Notes: generated by a model from the sequence alone, not told the origin. Numbered from the stretch's first letter, positions 36,348 through 46,965 are shown. The stretch is 59,605 nucleotides of DNA from a virus (IMGVR_UViG_3300044615_000612:1-59605), one strand, 5' to 3'. Program-made: numbers and translations.

Positions 36348-37439
36348 CTATTGCCCGCCATCCTCATTGCGGGCTGCGAAGTACCTGCGGACCCAGGCAC
36401 GCAGGCCGTCCGGGGCGGAGTCGGTCCACTCCAGGAGTCCGTTGTCCGCAACGCGGAGGTGTTCCACAGGATCGAATCCAGCGTTGATCACGGGCTGCCA
36501 GCGGTCCACGTATTGCCTGTCCTGACGGGTTCCGTGGAAGAGGTGAAACGCCTCGCCCTTCAGGGCTCCGATGTTCCCGCCCACCTTGCTCCAGGCCGTC
36601 TTGGCCCAGGGCTCGTAGTCACGCTTCATTGCCTCGCTCATCCGGCCCAGGCAACGGGAATGCTCCAGGCCCATCCATCCCTCCAGGCACATGGCGTCCC
36701 CGGAGCCGACGATGTGCTTGTCATAGAGAGGGAATATGGACCTCCTTGCCGCCCAGGCCCCGCCAGGGGAACTCACTCCTGCCCCCATGTATCGCTCTGC
36801 CATCGGCCCCACGCCGGCCAGGACCTGGACCACCGCACCGTCCTCGTCACAGCAGTGCCAGTGGTTCCAGAGCTGGACCACCGGATACTCAGCCAATGCC
36901 GCCATGGTCTTGGAGGGCCAGTCCCTGTCCAGGAACAGGATGTCGGCATCGATCCAGGCTATGTGCGTGAAGTCCTTTGGGAGGGCCTCCACCAGCAGGT
37001 TGATCAGCCGCTCCTTTTGCCAGATGGCCTGGCCATCCCGTGCGTGGATCTGGAGGAAGGCGTCGGTCGTTGGGAACTGTTGCCCAGGAAACGCTACCTC
37101 TGCATTGAAAACAGGCACACCGTGCCACTCCATGGAGTGCAGGAACCGCAGGTAGTTGTCCCTTGGCCTGGACCAGTTGGCTGGATTAAAGTGGCAGCAC
37201 ACAACCGCCAGCCTGCCGGGCCGTTTGGTCCTGGCGGCTCGCTTGGCCATGGCGAGGATGCGTGACACGGACCTCCGGGGCAGGCTGACGCCACGCTTCT
37301 CCGCCTCCTCGGCTATCCATGACTCCAGGACGGCGTCTTCGACGCGGTCTGCCTGGGCCGCGCGGGCCATCGCCACGCCGCTGCGCAATGGCGCACGCAA
37401 CAGCAGGCTGCCGATGCGGAGTAGCCGCTGGCCGATCAC
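36348..37439 (-). CDS. GT-A-fold glycosyltransferase-like protein
   Basis: WQKERLINL, AWIDADILF (DxD), GSGD, HLFHG. Confidence 0.75.
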   Translation of the reverse strand: MIGQRLLRIGSLLLRAPLRSGVAMARAAQADRVEDAVLESWIAEEAEKRGVSLPRRSVSRILAMAKRAARTKRPGRLAVVCCHFNPANWSRPRDNYLRFLHSMEWHGVPVFNAEVAFPGQQFPTTDAFLQIHARDGQAIWQKERLINLLVEALPKDFTHIAWIDADILFLDRDWPSKTMAALAEYPVVQLWNHWHCCDEDGAVVQVLAGVGPMAERYMGAGVSSPGGAWAARRSIFPLYDKHIVGSGDAMCLEGWMGLEHSRCLGRMSEAMKRDYEPWAKTAWSKVGGNIGALKGEAFHLFHGTRQDRQYVDRWQPVINAGFDPVEHLRVADNGLLEWTDSAPDGLRAWVRRYFAARNEDGGQ

Positions 37440-38254
37440 GTTCCGCCGCAGCAGTTGGGCACCACTCGCCAGCGTTGGCTGGTTGGATCGTAGCGCCCGT
37501 GAGCCCACTGGTTCTCGCCCAGTGAGAAGTTCACCCCACCCGGGCACAGGAACGCCGCAGAGTCGGTGCTGTGATTGTGGACGAACGTGACGTTGTTGAC
37601 TCCCACATTGACGAACGTGGCCCTGGTGGACCCGTCACGCACGGCGTTGGTGATGCCACGCAATTCGGTGTTGGTTGACGAGGTGAGGCGGTACACGTCG
37701 GCTACCGTGGAGATCACGGAGTTGCTGATCGTCACCGTGGCCCATCGCTCTCCTGTAGCCACGGCAGTGACGAAGTCTGTCACCGCGGTTGAGTTGTGAC
37801 TGTGCGACGATGGGGCGGCACCAATCGTTGTCGCGTTCAGACTGACCGCCCCCGTAAAGCCGTTGACCGACGTGACCGGGGCAGCCGTTCCGGCGACGAT
37901 AGCCACGGCGCTGTTGAAGCCGGTGATGTCTGCGGTCGAATGACTGTGAGACGCCAGGGCCGCGCCGATTGATGTGGCGTTGAGGCTCACAGCCCCAGTG
38001 ACTCCGTTGACCGACGCCACGGGCGATGCCGTACCGGCAACCACCGCCACTGCCGTGTTGAAGTTGCTGATGTCACCTGAAGTGATGGCTACAGCCCCCG
38101 TCCTCCCAGCGACCGAATGGACCGGACCAGACAGTGCCGCAATCGCCCCAGCCGTCACACGCTGGGTCTGCGTGTTGCCGGCGTTGTTGATGATCAGTAT
38201 GGCGTTTGGGTCTGCGGCACCGACCGGAAGCGAGGAGATTTTGATCGACGGCAT
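37436..38254 (-). CDS. Fibre protein with SVNGxTGAVxL and HxH repeats
   Basis: Three V.SV.G.TGAV repeats; HSHSTADIT. Confidence 0.8.
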   Translation of the reverse strand: MPSIKISSLPVGAADPNAILIINNAGNTQTQRVTAGAIAALSGPVHSVAGRTGAVAITSGDISNFNTAVAVVAGTASPVASVNGVTGAVSLNATSIGAALASHSHSTADITGFNSAVAIVAGTAAPVTSVNGFTGAVSLNATTIGAAPSSHSHNSTAVTDFVTAVATGERWATVTISNSVISTVADVYRLTSSTNTELRGITNAVRDGSTRATFVNVGVNNVTFVHNHSTDSAAFLCPGGVNFSLGENQWAHGRYDPTSQRWRVVPNCCGGT

Positions 38255-38255
38255 G

Positions 38256-38783
38256 TCACTTACCCTTCGGTCGATAGGAGTGCTTGGCGATGATCATCTC
38301 CCGTAGCTCTCCCGCCTTCTTGTTGGGATGGAGCTTGCGGTAGTGCCGCATGTCCTCGGCAATGATCTTCTCGGACAGCGGCGCCCGCTTGGGAGGAACA
38401 GGAATGCCCTTGTGGCTGACGATCCCCTCCACGGTCAGGTTGCGTTTCCGGGCCACGCGGACGATGTCGGCCGTTGAATCCACCCACGCCTCCGGGTCCT
38501 TGTGAGCCCGCTTGTCTGCAAGACCGCCCACGTACTGCTTGCCGGCCGTGCTGATCCCTGCCTCGCGGGCCTCGCGGAGCATGTGTTCCGCCATCAGCTT
38601 GGGCATGTCATCGAACTGCTGCTGGTTGTACCGGCCCTGGTTGAACGCCCGGTCCGTGCCCTTGGTGCCGGGAGGGCACTGGAGCGCACACATAGACGCC
38701 CACTTCTCGCCGTAGGGCAGGGCGGCCTTGTAGGTCCGCACCGCCTCCGGACCGGCATCAAGCACCTGCTGGGGGATTGGCAT
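38256..38783 (-). CDS. Hypothetical protein after portal
   Basis: In-operon ORF with AGGAG SD. Confidence 0.7.
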   Translation of the reverse strand: MPIPQQVLDAGPEAVRTYKAALPYGEKWASMCALQCPPGTKGTDRAFNQGRYNQQQFDDMPKLMAEHMLREAREAGISTAGKQYVGGLADKRAHKDPEAWVDSTADIVRVARKRNLTVEGIVSHKGIPVPPKRAPLSEKIIAEDMRHYRKLHPNKKAGELREMIIAKHSYRPKGK

Positions 38784-40740
38784 TCTGTTGCTCCTGCGGT
38801 GGAGGTGGAGGCGGAGGCGGCGGGACCATGTACCGTGCCACGTCGATGTCCATGGATCGTCCCCAGTCTTCCAGGAGTGCGTTGAACAGCTGCGGCTGCC
38901 CAGCCTGGAGCATGCCCTGCGCCACGGGCATCATGACCTGGAGGGCCTGGTTCATTTGTTCGACCTTGGTCCCCTTGTTGGGCTTCCTGGCGCTTCCAGC
39001 CTCAACGCGGTAGTCGAACTCACGGACGATCTCGTCCGGGCTTGCCGCCAGGACGTGCATCTGCCACGCACCCGCAGCCATGGGACCAAGCAGCGGGGCG
39101 ATGTCCTGCGGCTGCACCAGCCACCTGGCACAGAACGCCTCCTTGCGGGCCAGGAGGGACATGGCGTCTTCCAGCTGGTTCGCCATGTCGTCTGGCCGGA
39201 CTGATATCTGCTCACTCTTCACGGCGGCTTCTGCGGCTGACCTGAACTGATTTCTGGACATGCCGTAAATCAGCTCTGTCAGACCGACACGCCGGTCGAA
39301 CAGGTTGGTGACCTCGGCCACAATTTGGAACAGCTCATTCGGCACACCGGGAAGATTGAAGACGCTGATCACGTCATTCACCGAACGGCCGATCGCTTCA
39401 CTGATCTCTACGATCTTGAAGCCGGAATCATCGGAATCCAGGATCTTGGCTTTCAGGTCGTTGTCCGCGGCCTTGGCAACGCCGATGAGCGTCTGACTGG
39501 AGGTGGCGATCTTGGTGGCGATGAAGCTCATCGCATAATTGATGAAACGCAGCTCACCGATGCCTGGCTTAATGAGCGAGATGGGGTATGAATACCCCGG
39601 CTTGCCGTGCCACTGGAGGATGGTGCAGGGCCACCCGTCCGGCTCCACCCAGAACGGGATGGGCCACTGAGCCGCCTGGAACAGTCGCTGCGGCAGACCG
39701 CTCTCGTCCACCTCGTCCTGGATGATGTCCGGCGGCAGGTTCAGCGGATACGGCACGCCCTCGCAGACGACGATGTAGCAGAAGTCCCCCAGGGCGTCGA
39801 ACTTGCCACGGAGCTTCTGGTCCGCATCCTTCAGGCGATCTCCGAACCCCGTCTTACTGTAGATTTCCCAGTACGTGACGAGGTCGTTGGTCTTGCCGTT
39901 CTTCTTCTTGTTTTCGTAGCCCACCTCACGGCGGCGGCTACGTGAGTCATAGGACTCACTGTGGCCCTTCAGGTCTTCTTCCGGGACGCCGAACTTCTGG
40001 GCGACAAAGTCCCGTGAGTGCGTGCGTCGGCGGGCGATCCAGCGGATGTCCTGCTGGTCGTCTGCGTCCGGATCCCAGAGGACGGCGTCGAACGTCTCAT
40101 AGAACGAACCGGCGACACGGGTTTCCGTTCCTGGGAACTGGAACAACTCCGTGAACCAACACCCGGCCCCCTTGATCAGCGCCTCATCCACCACCTTGCG
40201 GCTGTGGTCCTTGAGGTGGAGTTCGTTGGGCGTGTAGTTCAGGTACTCCTCCAGGAGCTTGGCGATGACGCCACGCTTCTCAGAGAGGAACTGGGTCTGC
40301 TGGACCAGCTGCTGGTACATCTGCATGCCCGGATCAGGCATCATCACCGGCTGGCCGTCCGGGCCGATGACGGGCTGGCCGTCAGGCCCCATCTGCGGCA
40401 CGGGAGGTTGGGGAAAGATCCCCAGCATCTGCGGACTCACCATGGGGTACTGGCGAGCCGTGACGTTCCGCACCGGGTTGCGGTGATGGATGACCGCGCC
40501 GAAGAGGCGAACGGCCTCCCAGACCCGGTTGATGGTCATGCGGAAGGCCGGCGGTGCCAGGCCCTTCACAAACCCCTTGACGCCCCGCGTGTAGTCATTG
40601 CGGAACATCCAGGCGTTCTCGCCGTCATAGAACTGCATGGCCTCATCAGCGTCCTCCTGAAAAGGCCGTTTGTGTTCCTTGGCGAGTTCGATCTTTTCCA
40701 GCCAACCTTGGACGATTGGCCGGAGCGGGTGTTCTTGCAT
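38758..40740 (-). CDS. Portal protein
   Basis: 660 aa just after TerL; WDPDA, SAAEA, VEAGS motifs of P22-like portals. Confidence 0.82.
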   Translation of the reverse strand: MQEHPLRPIVQGWLEKIELAKEHKRPFQEDADEAMQFYDGENAWMFRNDYTRGVKGFVKGLAPPAFRMTINRVWEAVRLFGAVIHHRNPVRNVTARQYPMVSPQMLGIFPQPPVPQMGPDGQPVIGPDGQPVMMPDPGMQMYQQLVQQTQFLSEKRGVIAKLLEEYLNYTPNELHLKDHSRKVVDEALIKGAGCWFTELFQFPGTETRVAGSFYETFDAVLWDPDADDQQDIRWIARRRTHSRDFVAQKFGVPEEDLKGHSESYDSRSRRREVGYENKKKNGKTNDLVTYWEIYSKTGFGDRLKDADQKLRGKFDALGDFCYIVVCEGVPYPLNLPPDIIQDEVDESGLPQRLFQAAQWPIPFWVEPDGWPCTILQWHGKPGYSYPISLIKPGIGELRFINYAMSFIATKIATSSQTLIGVAKAADNDLKAKILDSDDSGFKIVEISEAIGRSVNDVISVFNLPGVPNELFQIVAEVTNLFDRRVGLTELIYGMSRNQFRSAAEAAVKSEQISVRPDDMANQLEDAMSLLARKEAFCARWLVQPQDIAPLLGPMAAGAWQMHVLAASPDEIVREFDYRVEAGSARKPNKGTKVEQMNQALQVMMPVAQGMLQAGQPQLFNALLEDWGRSMDIDVARYMVPPPPPPPPPQEQQNANPPAGA

Positions 40741-40754
40741 GGCAGGGCCCTGGG

Positions 40755-41084
40755 CTACTGCTTATTGCCCCGCAGCTTCTGCTCCAGCATCGCAACCCGC
40801 TCAGAAAGCTGGGCGACACGCGGATCCCGCGGGGCGTAGGTCCAAGTGCCAAACCGCCGCCACTCCGTGCTGTCGTCCAGGCGAGGGTCATCCCGGTGGC
40901 GGACGCTGGGCTTCTCCACCCCGCCGTACCCTGGAGACAGGGCCCAGAGGGTGAGCGTGTCCTGGCCCACCTTGATGACGAACGCCATCACCTGATCAGA
41001 CCCCTCATGGGCCTGATACAGCACCGTGTCGCCCACGGAGGCGGCCGGCATCTTCCAGTTCACTTTTTCGTCGGTCCCAGGCAT
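40755..41084 (-). CDS. Hypothetical protein between TerL and portal
   Basis: PxVGDTVLY SH3-like start; in operon. Confidence 0.65.
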   Translation of the reverse strand: MPGTDEKVNWKMPAASVGDTVLYQAHEGSDQVMAFVIKVGQDTLTLWALSPGYGGVEKPSVRHRDDPRLDDSTEWRRFGTWTYAPRDPRVAQLSERVAMLEQKLRGNKQ

Positions 41085-42757
41085 ACGTATCCCTTTCCGT
41101 CATCGCCCTGACGTTTCAGACGCTCGGCTCGCCATTTGACATACCACGGCTCAGGGCCTGGCCGGGCTGGCGGTTGGTGGTACTGCGGCTCATAGGCACA
41201 GAGGTATTCCAGGCATTGGCAGCTGTGGACCTCGCCGCGTGTGTTGGGCATGTCCGTGACGAACGGACCGTTGTTGGACTGCACCACCTTCTTCTTGTAC
41301 CGACGCAGCTCGCGGTACAGCTCTGGCACAGCGTTCTCCAGGAACTTCAGCTGAGTGCTGCCGTCACCGCGGATGTGCAGCATTTGCCGCACTAGGGCGG
41401 TTCTCGCCTGGATGTCGTCGGACCCGGGGACGAACTGGAACCCAGACATTTGTGCCCGGATGTTTCGTTCCCGGAGTTGCTCCGAATACAGGTCGCATGG
41501 CAGCCTGCCTGAACCAAGGTCCCTCAGTGTACCTCCGTGCATGTCCATGATGAAAGCGTAAAAGTGCTGCCCTTCGCACTTGGCTGCGAACGCCTCGCCC
41601 CAGATCAGGGCGTTGGCGTTCCGCAGGTACAGCTCGTCATAGACCAGGATGAACCGCTCGTCCGGAGGCACTGCTGCGAACACGCAGGCCATGACGGTGT
41701 GTCCTGGGTCGATCGATACGTAGCGCGTCCAGTCAGGCGGAACGATGCCGTCAGGCAGCTCCGATCTGGGGAGGGTATGGACCATGGTGTTGAACGACGG
41801 GTACATGAGGATGGAGTCCTGGGTGAACTCGCCCTCTGCACGCATCCGCAGCTCATCGACGCCCAGGGCTGACCACCGGGCGATGTTCTTTTCCTTTTCT
41901 TCTTTATCGATATGGTCGTTGTCCAAAAATCTCAGGACGAACTTCTTGATCTGCGGGTTTTCCTTACCCTCCTCGGCCTCCTTGTCTGCCCGCTCGCACA
42001 GTCCCAGCAGGGCGTCGTTCTTGGAGTGCGGCATGGCACTCCACACCAGCCGGCCCTTACGGTCAGCCAAACGGGCCTGCATCTCACCCACCCAAGAGGG
42101 ATTAGAAATATCCTCGTCCAGATGCACCAAATCGGCCTGAAAACCCTGGGGTGGCTCACCCTCAGAGGAAAAGAAGTTGACCGTCCATCCATTGGTCAGG
42201 ACGACACGCTGGCAGTACCCGGCGTTCTTCAGCACCCATGACACGTCTTCGACCAGTCTGGGTGGCACCAATGGTGGCGCTGGCTTCGTCTCGGCTCGGC
42301 GGGCGGCGTCCTGGCCAGGGCGGTACGCACGCCACTCGCCCGTCTCCAGGTCCTTGATGATCCGGAACGCACCGGCCTTGAAGAGCATGGGGTAGGCCAC
42401 CAGGCCGATGTGCGGCCAGTTCCGGCCCACCACCACTAGGTTGCCGCCCTCCTTGGGGTACTTGTCGAACGGATCAGTACCCGTCAATGCACGGGCGTCC
42501 TCTACGAACGTGGAGAGCGATTTGCCGGATCTGTTCCCGCCAAGCACTATCCGCTCAGACGCCATGCTGGCGTGCATCTGCTGCTGAAGCGGCATGGGCT
42601 CATACAGCCTGAGCGCTTCGATCTTCCGACTCTTCAGCTCCGCCTGGACCTCTTTGAGGTGGCCAAGCGTGTGCTGGGTCACGCCGGGGACGACCGGCGG
42701 CTTAGGATGGTCCGGGACCTTCCGCGGGTGCGGCTTCACTGAGGACCTCCACTGCAC
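41060..42757 (-). CDS. terL: Terminase large subunit
   Basis: GGNRSGKS Walker A, VHLDED Walker B, SIDPG nuclease motif. Confidence 0.92.
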   Translation of the reverse strand: MQWRSSVKPHPRKVPDHPKPPVVPGVTQHTLGHLKEVQAELKSRKIEALRLYEPMPLQQQMHASMASERIVLGGNRSGKSLSTFVEDARALTGTDPFDKYPKEGGNLVVVGRNWPHIGLVAYPMLFKAGAFRIIKDLETGEWRAYRPGQDAARRAETKPAPPLVPPRLVEDVSWVLKNAGYCQRVVLTNGWTVNFFSSEGEPPQGFQADLVHLDEDISNPSWVGEMQARLADRKGRLVWSAMPHSKNDALLGLCERADKEAEEGKENPQIKKFVLRFLDNDHIDKEEKEKNIARWSALGVDELRMRAEGEFTQDSILMYPSFNTMVHTLPRSELPDGIVPPDWTRYVSIDPGHTVMACVFAAVPPDERFILVYDELYLRNANALIWGEAFAAKCEGQHFYAFIMDMHGGTLRDLGSGRLPCDLYSEQLRERNIRAQMSGFQFVPGSDDIQARTALVRQMLHIRGDGSTQLKFLENAVPELYRELRRYKKKVVQSNNGPFVTDMPNTRGEVHSCQCLEYLCAYEPQYHQPPARPGPEPWYVKWRAERLKRQGDDGKGYVCLGPTKK

Positions 42758-43244
42758 GGCTGACAGGCAGGGCCTTGAGCGTGATGGCCGTCTCCATCAG
42801 GCGCTGCCGCAGTTCCTCCTCCAGCTCGTCTTCGGTCCACACCGACAGAGGCTTCTTGGCACCGCCCATGGCTGTGTTGGCGTTCACCAGCCGCACCAGC
42901 GTCTCCAGCATCTTCGTCCGATGAGCCCCCCCAGGAGGCGAATCGTAGTACTGTTTCATGAACACATTGCCGAAACCACGCACGCCGCCGAAGTACTCCA
43001 GAAGGACTTCGATCAGCTCGGCACTGTGGGGGATCGTTGACCCGCCCAGCCTGGCCGCCTTGCAGAACACGTCCACCGCGTCCTGCTCTATGGCGTCCAG
43101 CCGCGAGTCCTTCTTCTTCTTGCGGCGTTTTCGTTCGTAGGACGACCGGCACGTCTTGCATTTGGGGTGCATCCTGCCATCGGCTGACCGATGGAAACTG
43201 GTCTCTGGCAGCTCCTGCTTACATTCGATGCAGGTCTTCTTCAT
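42702..43244 (-). CDS. Putative terminase small subunit with N-terminal Zn finger
   Basis: CIECK...CKTC; TEDELEEELR tail; directly upstream of terL. Confidence 0.55.
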   Translation of the reverse strand: MKKTCIECKQELPETSFHRSADGRMHPKCKTCRSSYERKRRKKKKDSRLDAIEQDAVDVFCKAARLGGSTIPHSAELIEVLLEYFGGVRGFGNVFMKQYYDSPPGGAHRTKMLETLVRLVNANTAMGGAKKPLSVWTEDELEEELRQRLMETAITLKALPVSRAVEVLSEAAPAEGPGPS

Positions 43245-44623
43245 AGCTTGCAGTGCCAGACGTTCCCGTTAACCACTGGCACCAAGCCGCAATCAGCCAC
43301 CGCCCGCTTCACGCCATCGAATGCGTGGTAGTCATGGCCCGCCAGGATGTGCTTGGCCTTGGGCTTCCAGGCCAGGATGTCCTGCTTCACCGATTCGTAG
43401 TCATGCTCGGCATCGATGTAGACGATGTCGAACTGGCCGTCCCGGAACTTGGCTGCGGCGTCAGGCGACTTGGCCTTGACGGCGGAGATGTTCATACCGG
43501 CGGTGTTGCGCTGGAACACCTCAAACGGCGCCCCGGCCTGGCCGTCATACTGCTTGCAACCATCGTCGTTGGAGTTGCCGCCCCACGTATCCACGCAGGT
43601 CACATGTGCCGCCCCGGACTGGGCCATGATGATCGCACTGCGGCCAGCCCATGAGCCGACTTCCAGCACCACCGGCTTGCGGCGATGCTCGTCGCGGAAC
43701 TTCTGCACCAGTGCAGCCAGGGCCTCGGCATCCGACTGCGGCAGGTCCATGCCCATGTCGTTGAAGCTCTTGGGCAGCCAGGTTGGTTCCGGGAGATCCA
43801 CCAGCTTGGTGACGCAGCCGGCCTCCACCGCACCGCGGAGTTTCTCCGACACATGGGCGGCGGTTATGATTACAGGCTTGCCAACGCACTTGGGCTTCCA
43901 GTGACCAGCCCAGGCGTCCCAGTTGCAGAACACCGGGTTGTAGCCCAGCTTCTGGACGCCGACGAGCGACAGGTCCCGCGTCATCGTCACGTCTTCGGTG
44001 CTGGCCTTCTCTGCGGCGTAGCGGTCCTTCCACTCGTAGTAGAACCACGGCTTGTCCGCCTCGGACCGCGGCTCGGTCACGTCAAAGGCCCGCATGTCGT
44101 ACATGATCAGGCCGGTGGGTAGTGCAGCGCACTCCTGGATGCCGGTCATGTTGTGGCCGGTGTTCCGGTCATACATCTCCAGCTGGTAGTCCGGATTGGC
44201 GTGTTCCGACTGCATGTTCTGCCAGCGGAACACGTACACGCACTCCGCCGGAGGAGGGCCGCAGTAGGGGGCCCCAATCACACACGGCCCCTTGAAGTAG
44301 TGATTCACCAGGAAGTCGAAGCTGCTGTGGAAGAACGGCTTCGCCCCTGGCTGGCCGGCGTTGATGTCCGGCTTCATGTCGGAGTCCACCATCACCAGCA
44401 CATCCAGCCCGTAGTCCCTGGCCATGAGGACGGCCCGGTTGCGGGTCATGGTGATGGGCGTGTCAGACAGGTTCCAGATGCGGACCTGTTCGATCCTGTC
44501 GGACTTGGACAGGTCTGCGACCAGCGGCACCATCCACTCTCGGATGTCAGGCACCTCAGAAGAGATGCCGCCGTTGCCGCCGTAGGAGAACGTACAGAAT
44601 CCGACGCTGAACTTCTGGTGCAT
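43241..44623 (-). CDS. Glycosyltransferase - SAM methyltransferase fusion
   Basis: RNRAV...MVDSDM...PTGL...TED (GT-A); VLEVGSWAGRS...FDIVYIDAEHDYE...GHDY (Methyltransf_24-like). Confidence 0.85.
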   Translation of the reverse strand: MHQKFSVGFCTFSYGGNGGISSEVPDIREWMVPLVADLSKSDRIEQVRIWNLSDTPITMTRNRAVLMARDYGLDVLVMVDSDMKPDINAGQPGAKPFFHSSFDFLVNHYFKGPCVIGAPYCGPPPAECVYVFRWQNMQSEHANPDYQLEMYDRNTGHNMTGIQECAALPTGLIMYDMRAFDVTEPRSEADKPWFYYEWKDRYAAEKASTEDVTMTRDLSLVGVQKLGYNPVFCNWDAWAGHWKPKCVGKPVIITAAHVSEKLRGAVEAGCVTKLVDLPEPTWLPKSFNDMGMDLPQSDAEALAALVQKFRDEHRRKPVVLEVGSWAGRSAIIMAQSGAAHVTCVDTWGGNSNDDGCKQYDGQAGAPFEVFQRNTAGMNISAVKAKSPDAAAKFRDGQFDIVYIDAEHDYESVKQDILAWKPKAKHILAGHDYHAFDGVKRAVADCGLVPVVNGNVWHCKL

Positions 44624-44680
44624 GCCTGGGCTCCAAGGGGGAGCCGTCAGTGTACGGGCGGCCAGTATGTCGGTGCAAAC

Positions 44681-46957
44681 CTACCGCTTGCGGCGAGTGG
44701 GCGGACCCCAGGTGTTGTTGTTGGACGGCGACCTATATGCCCCGCCTATCCTCGCCCCACCTGTTGCCACTGGGTCGGTGTACGGATCGTACAGACGCTG
44801 CCCCGTCACCGGATCTCGTCGCTCTCCTGGCCGTGTAGTGTCGCTGCCGATTACTCCTGTTCCCCGCGGATCGGTGTACCCATCGTAGATGCGGAACCCG
44901 CCAGACTCTCGCCAGCCTGGGCCGCTGGAGCCTGGAGAAGCCCGGAGCGGCTTGGGCGTGTCATCGTCTTCAGTTTTTGACGTGCCACGCTTCGTCCCAG
45001 AAGTGCGTGTCGGAATTGGCGATGCCCGGCCAGGTGCAAACGTCTCCCGGACGGCGCCCTCCTCGTCTAGTTCGATAAGCCCCTGGCTGCGCAGGAACTC
45101 TATTGTGGAGGGCTGGTCTGTTGGGGCCGCACGCTCGGCCAGCTTCTTCTGGTCGAACAGTGACCGCAGCTCGGCATCTGAGTACGCACGCGGACCGCGG
45201 GGGCCGACGGTGTCATAGCTAGGAATCTTTCTCATCGGCTCTGGTCCTAGCCGCTCTATGGCCCTGTTGAAGGCATCCACGTAGCCGGCGCCTCCACGCA
45301 TGTCCTGGGCCATCATCTGCATAAGCGATTGTTCTCTTGCGGCTTTGGCTGCGTCACTGGCATTGCCTTCTGTTAGGTGCCGCCAGGAATTGGCGAAGTT
45401 AGCCCGGTCCTCCGGACTAGCGTTCGCGATGTACTGCCGGAACTCCTGGTCATCCTGCGCAGTCATTTGCTGGCCCGGAGGGATCGGTTGCGCTGCACCG
45501 GGACGTGGCAGGCCGGGGCCGCCGGAGCCCGGAACAGGCAGCCACCCCTCGGACCTGCTACCCTCGTTCACCTTTTGCCACTTCATCCCCTCCGGCAGCG
45601 GCTGAGTCGGGTTGTTTTGCCACGGCAGGCTGTAGTTGACTCCAGGGATCGGCTGGGCAGCCCCTGGAGTTTGCATTCCAGCACCGCCTAGCCCACGCTC
45701 ATTTAGGTACTGCCGCTGTAGTGCTTGCTCCCGGAGACGCTCGCCTTCCGGACCACGGTAGTCGGCGGTGATCCTTATTGTTTGCCGCCACTGCTGATAT
45801 CCGGGGTCTTGCGATAGATCGACTTGGGAGAGTTGCTGGCTTGGAGGGATAGGCTGTGCTGCGCCTGGAGGTGGTAGGCCGGGTCCTGGCTGGTCCCTGT
45901 CGTCAATCATGTCGCCGTCTCGGTCACGGAAATCCTGTGTTCGCATCGAACCAGGAGGTGCGTTAATTGACCCGCCGTAGCCTGGGGCAAATGAGCTGGG
46001 CTGACCTCTTTCGGCCAGTTTGCCACCAAGCTGGTAAACTCCGTTTGGCCCGCCCTGGCCCGGCTGTTGGGCCGCCAATCTTGCTAGGTTTTCTTGCTCG
46101 GCGGCGCCCTCCGGAGTATTGCGCAGCCACCACTCGTAATGTAGCTGTTCGTCTCTTCGGAGTTCGTCGGCTTTTACAGTTAGTTGCTGTTTATCTTGCG
46201 GTGTAACGTAAACTGTTCGCTGTGACAGCGAGCCCTCATTCAATACATGCGGAACGAGCCCCCGGGCGGGTTTGTCTGACATGGCGGGCGTCCCGGCAGG
46301 GCGATAGCCTTCTGGCATTACAGGAGAGAAGGCCGTTGGCGGGTGCATCGGCGGAGACGCAGGCTGCTGCGGGCTTCGGAAAGCGGGCCAGTACTCCCCG
46401 TTTGGGCCAATTGGGAGGTCGGTCAACGGCTGACCGTATGGCAGGCCAGTGCCGGGGTTGATTGGACGCTGCACAGAAAACGCCGGCTGTGTCGCGTACA
46501 TCGGCGGCGCCGACTGCTGCCCTAGTTGGGAGAGAAGCTGGTCCTGGAACCCTTGTGGCGGAGTGAATCCGTACTGGCCGAACATGCCCATCAGAGCATC
46601 CACGTTGCCAGTGGCAAACGGATTGCCTTGATAGCGACCTTCCTTGATGTTGTCGGCGGCCTGGCCCCATGTCGCCCCAAGTTCAACTGGCTCCGGACGC
46701 CGGCCACCCATGACGCCCTGGTTGTACTGGGCCTGGTTCTGGAGGAACTGCTGGACGAATGCGTCCTGCTGGTTCTGGTACGCCTGAAGGCTTGGCATGG
46801 AGCCGAACGGCGTCTGTACGCCCTGCTGCCTCTGAAACGCGCTCATGTTCAGCGGCGCGGATTGCGGTTGCGCGTCATAGCCGGGCGTGTTTGGACGCTC
46901 GCCCTTGCGGGACGTGAAACCCATGAATGGGTTGGACTGATTGCTACGTGTATCCAT
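44681..46957 (-). CDS. Long Q/P/G-rich, largely disordered putative virion protein
   Basis: AGGAG SD; repeated GAAQPIP; DRDGDMIDDRD. Confidence 0.7.
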   Translation of the reverse strand: MDTRSNQSNPFMGFTSRKGERPNTPGYDAQPQSAPLNMSAFQRQQGVQTPFGSMPSLQAYQNQQDAFVQQFLQNQAQYNQGVMGGRRPEPVELGATWGQAADNIKEGRYQGNPFATGNVDALMGMFGQYGFTPPQGFQDQLLSQLGQQSAPPMYATQPAFSVQRPINPGTGLPYGQPLTDLPIGPNGEYWPAFRSPQQPASPPMHPPTAFSPVMPEGYRPAGTPAMSDKPARGLVPHVLNEGSLSQRTVYVTPQDKQQLTVKADELRRDEQLHYEWWLRNTPEGAAEQENLARLAAQQPGQGGPNGVYQLGGKLAERGQPSSFAPGYGGSINAPPGSMRTQDFRDRDGDMIDDRDQPGPGLPPPGAAQPIPPSQQLSQVDLSQDPGYQQWRQTIRITADYRGPEGERLREQALQRQYLNERGLGGAGMQTPGAAQPIPGVNYSLPWQNNPTQPLPEGMKWQKVNEGSRSEGWLPVPGSGGPGLPRPGAAQPIPPGQQMTAQDDQEFRQYIANASPEDRANFANSWRHLTEGNASDAAKAAREQSLMQMMAQDMRGGAGYVDAFNRAIERLGPEPMRKIPSYDTVGPRGPRAYSDAELRSLFDQKKLAERAAPTDQPSTIEFLRSQGLIELDEEGAVRETFAPGRASPIPTRTSGTKRGTSKTEDDDTPKPLRASPGSSGPGWRESGGFRIYDGYTDPRGTGVIGSDTTRPGERRDPVTGQRLYDPYTDPVATGGARIGGAYRSPSNNNTWGPPTRRKR

Positions 46958-46965
46958 GACCACTC

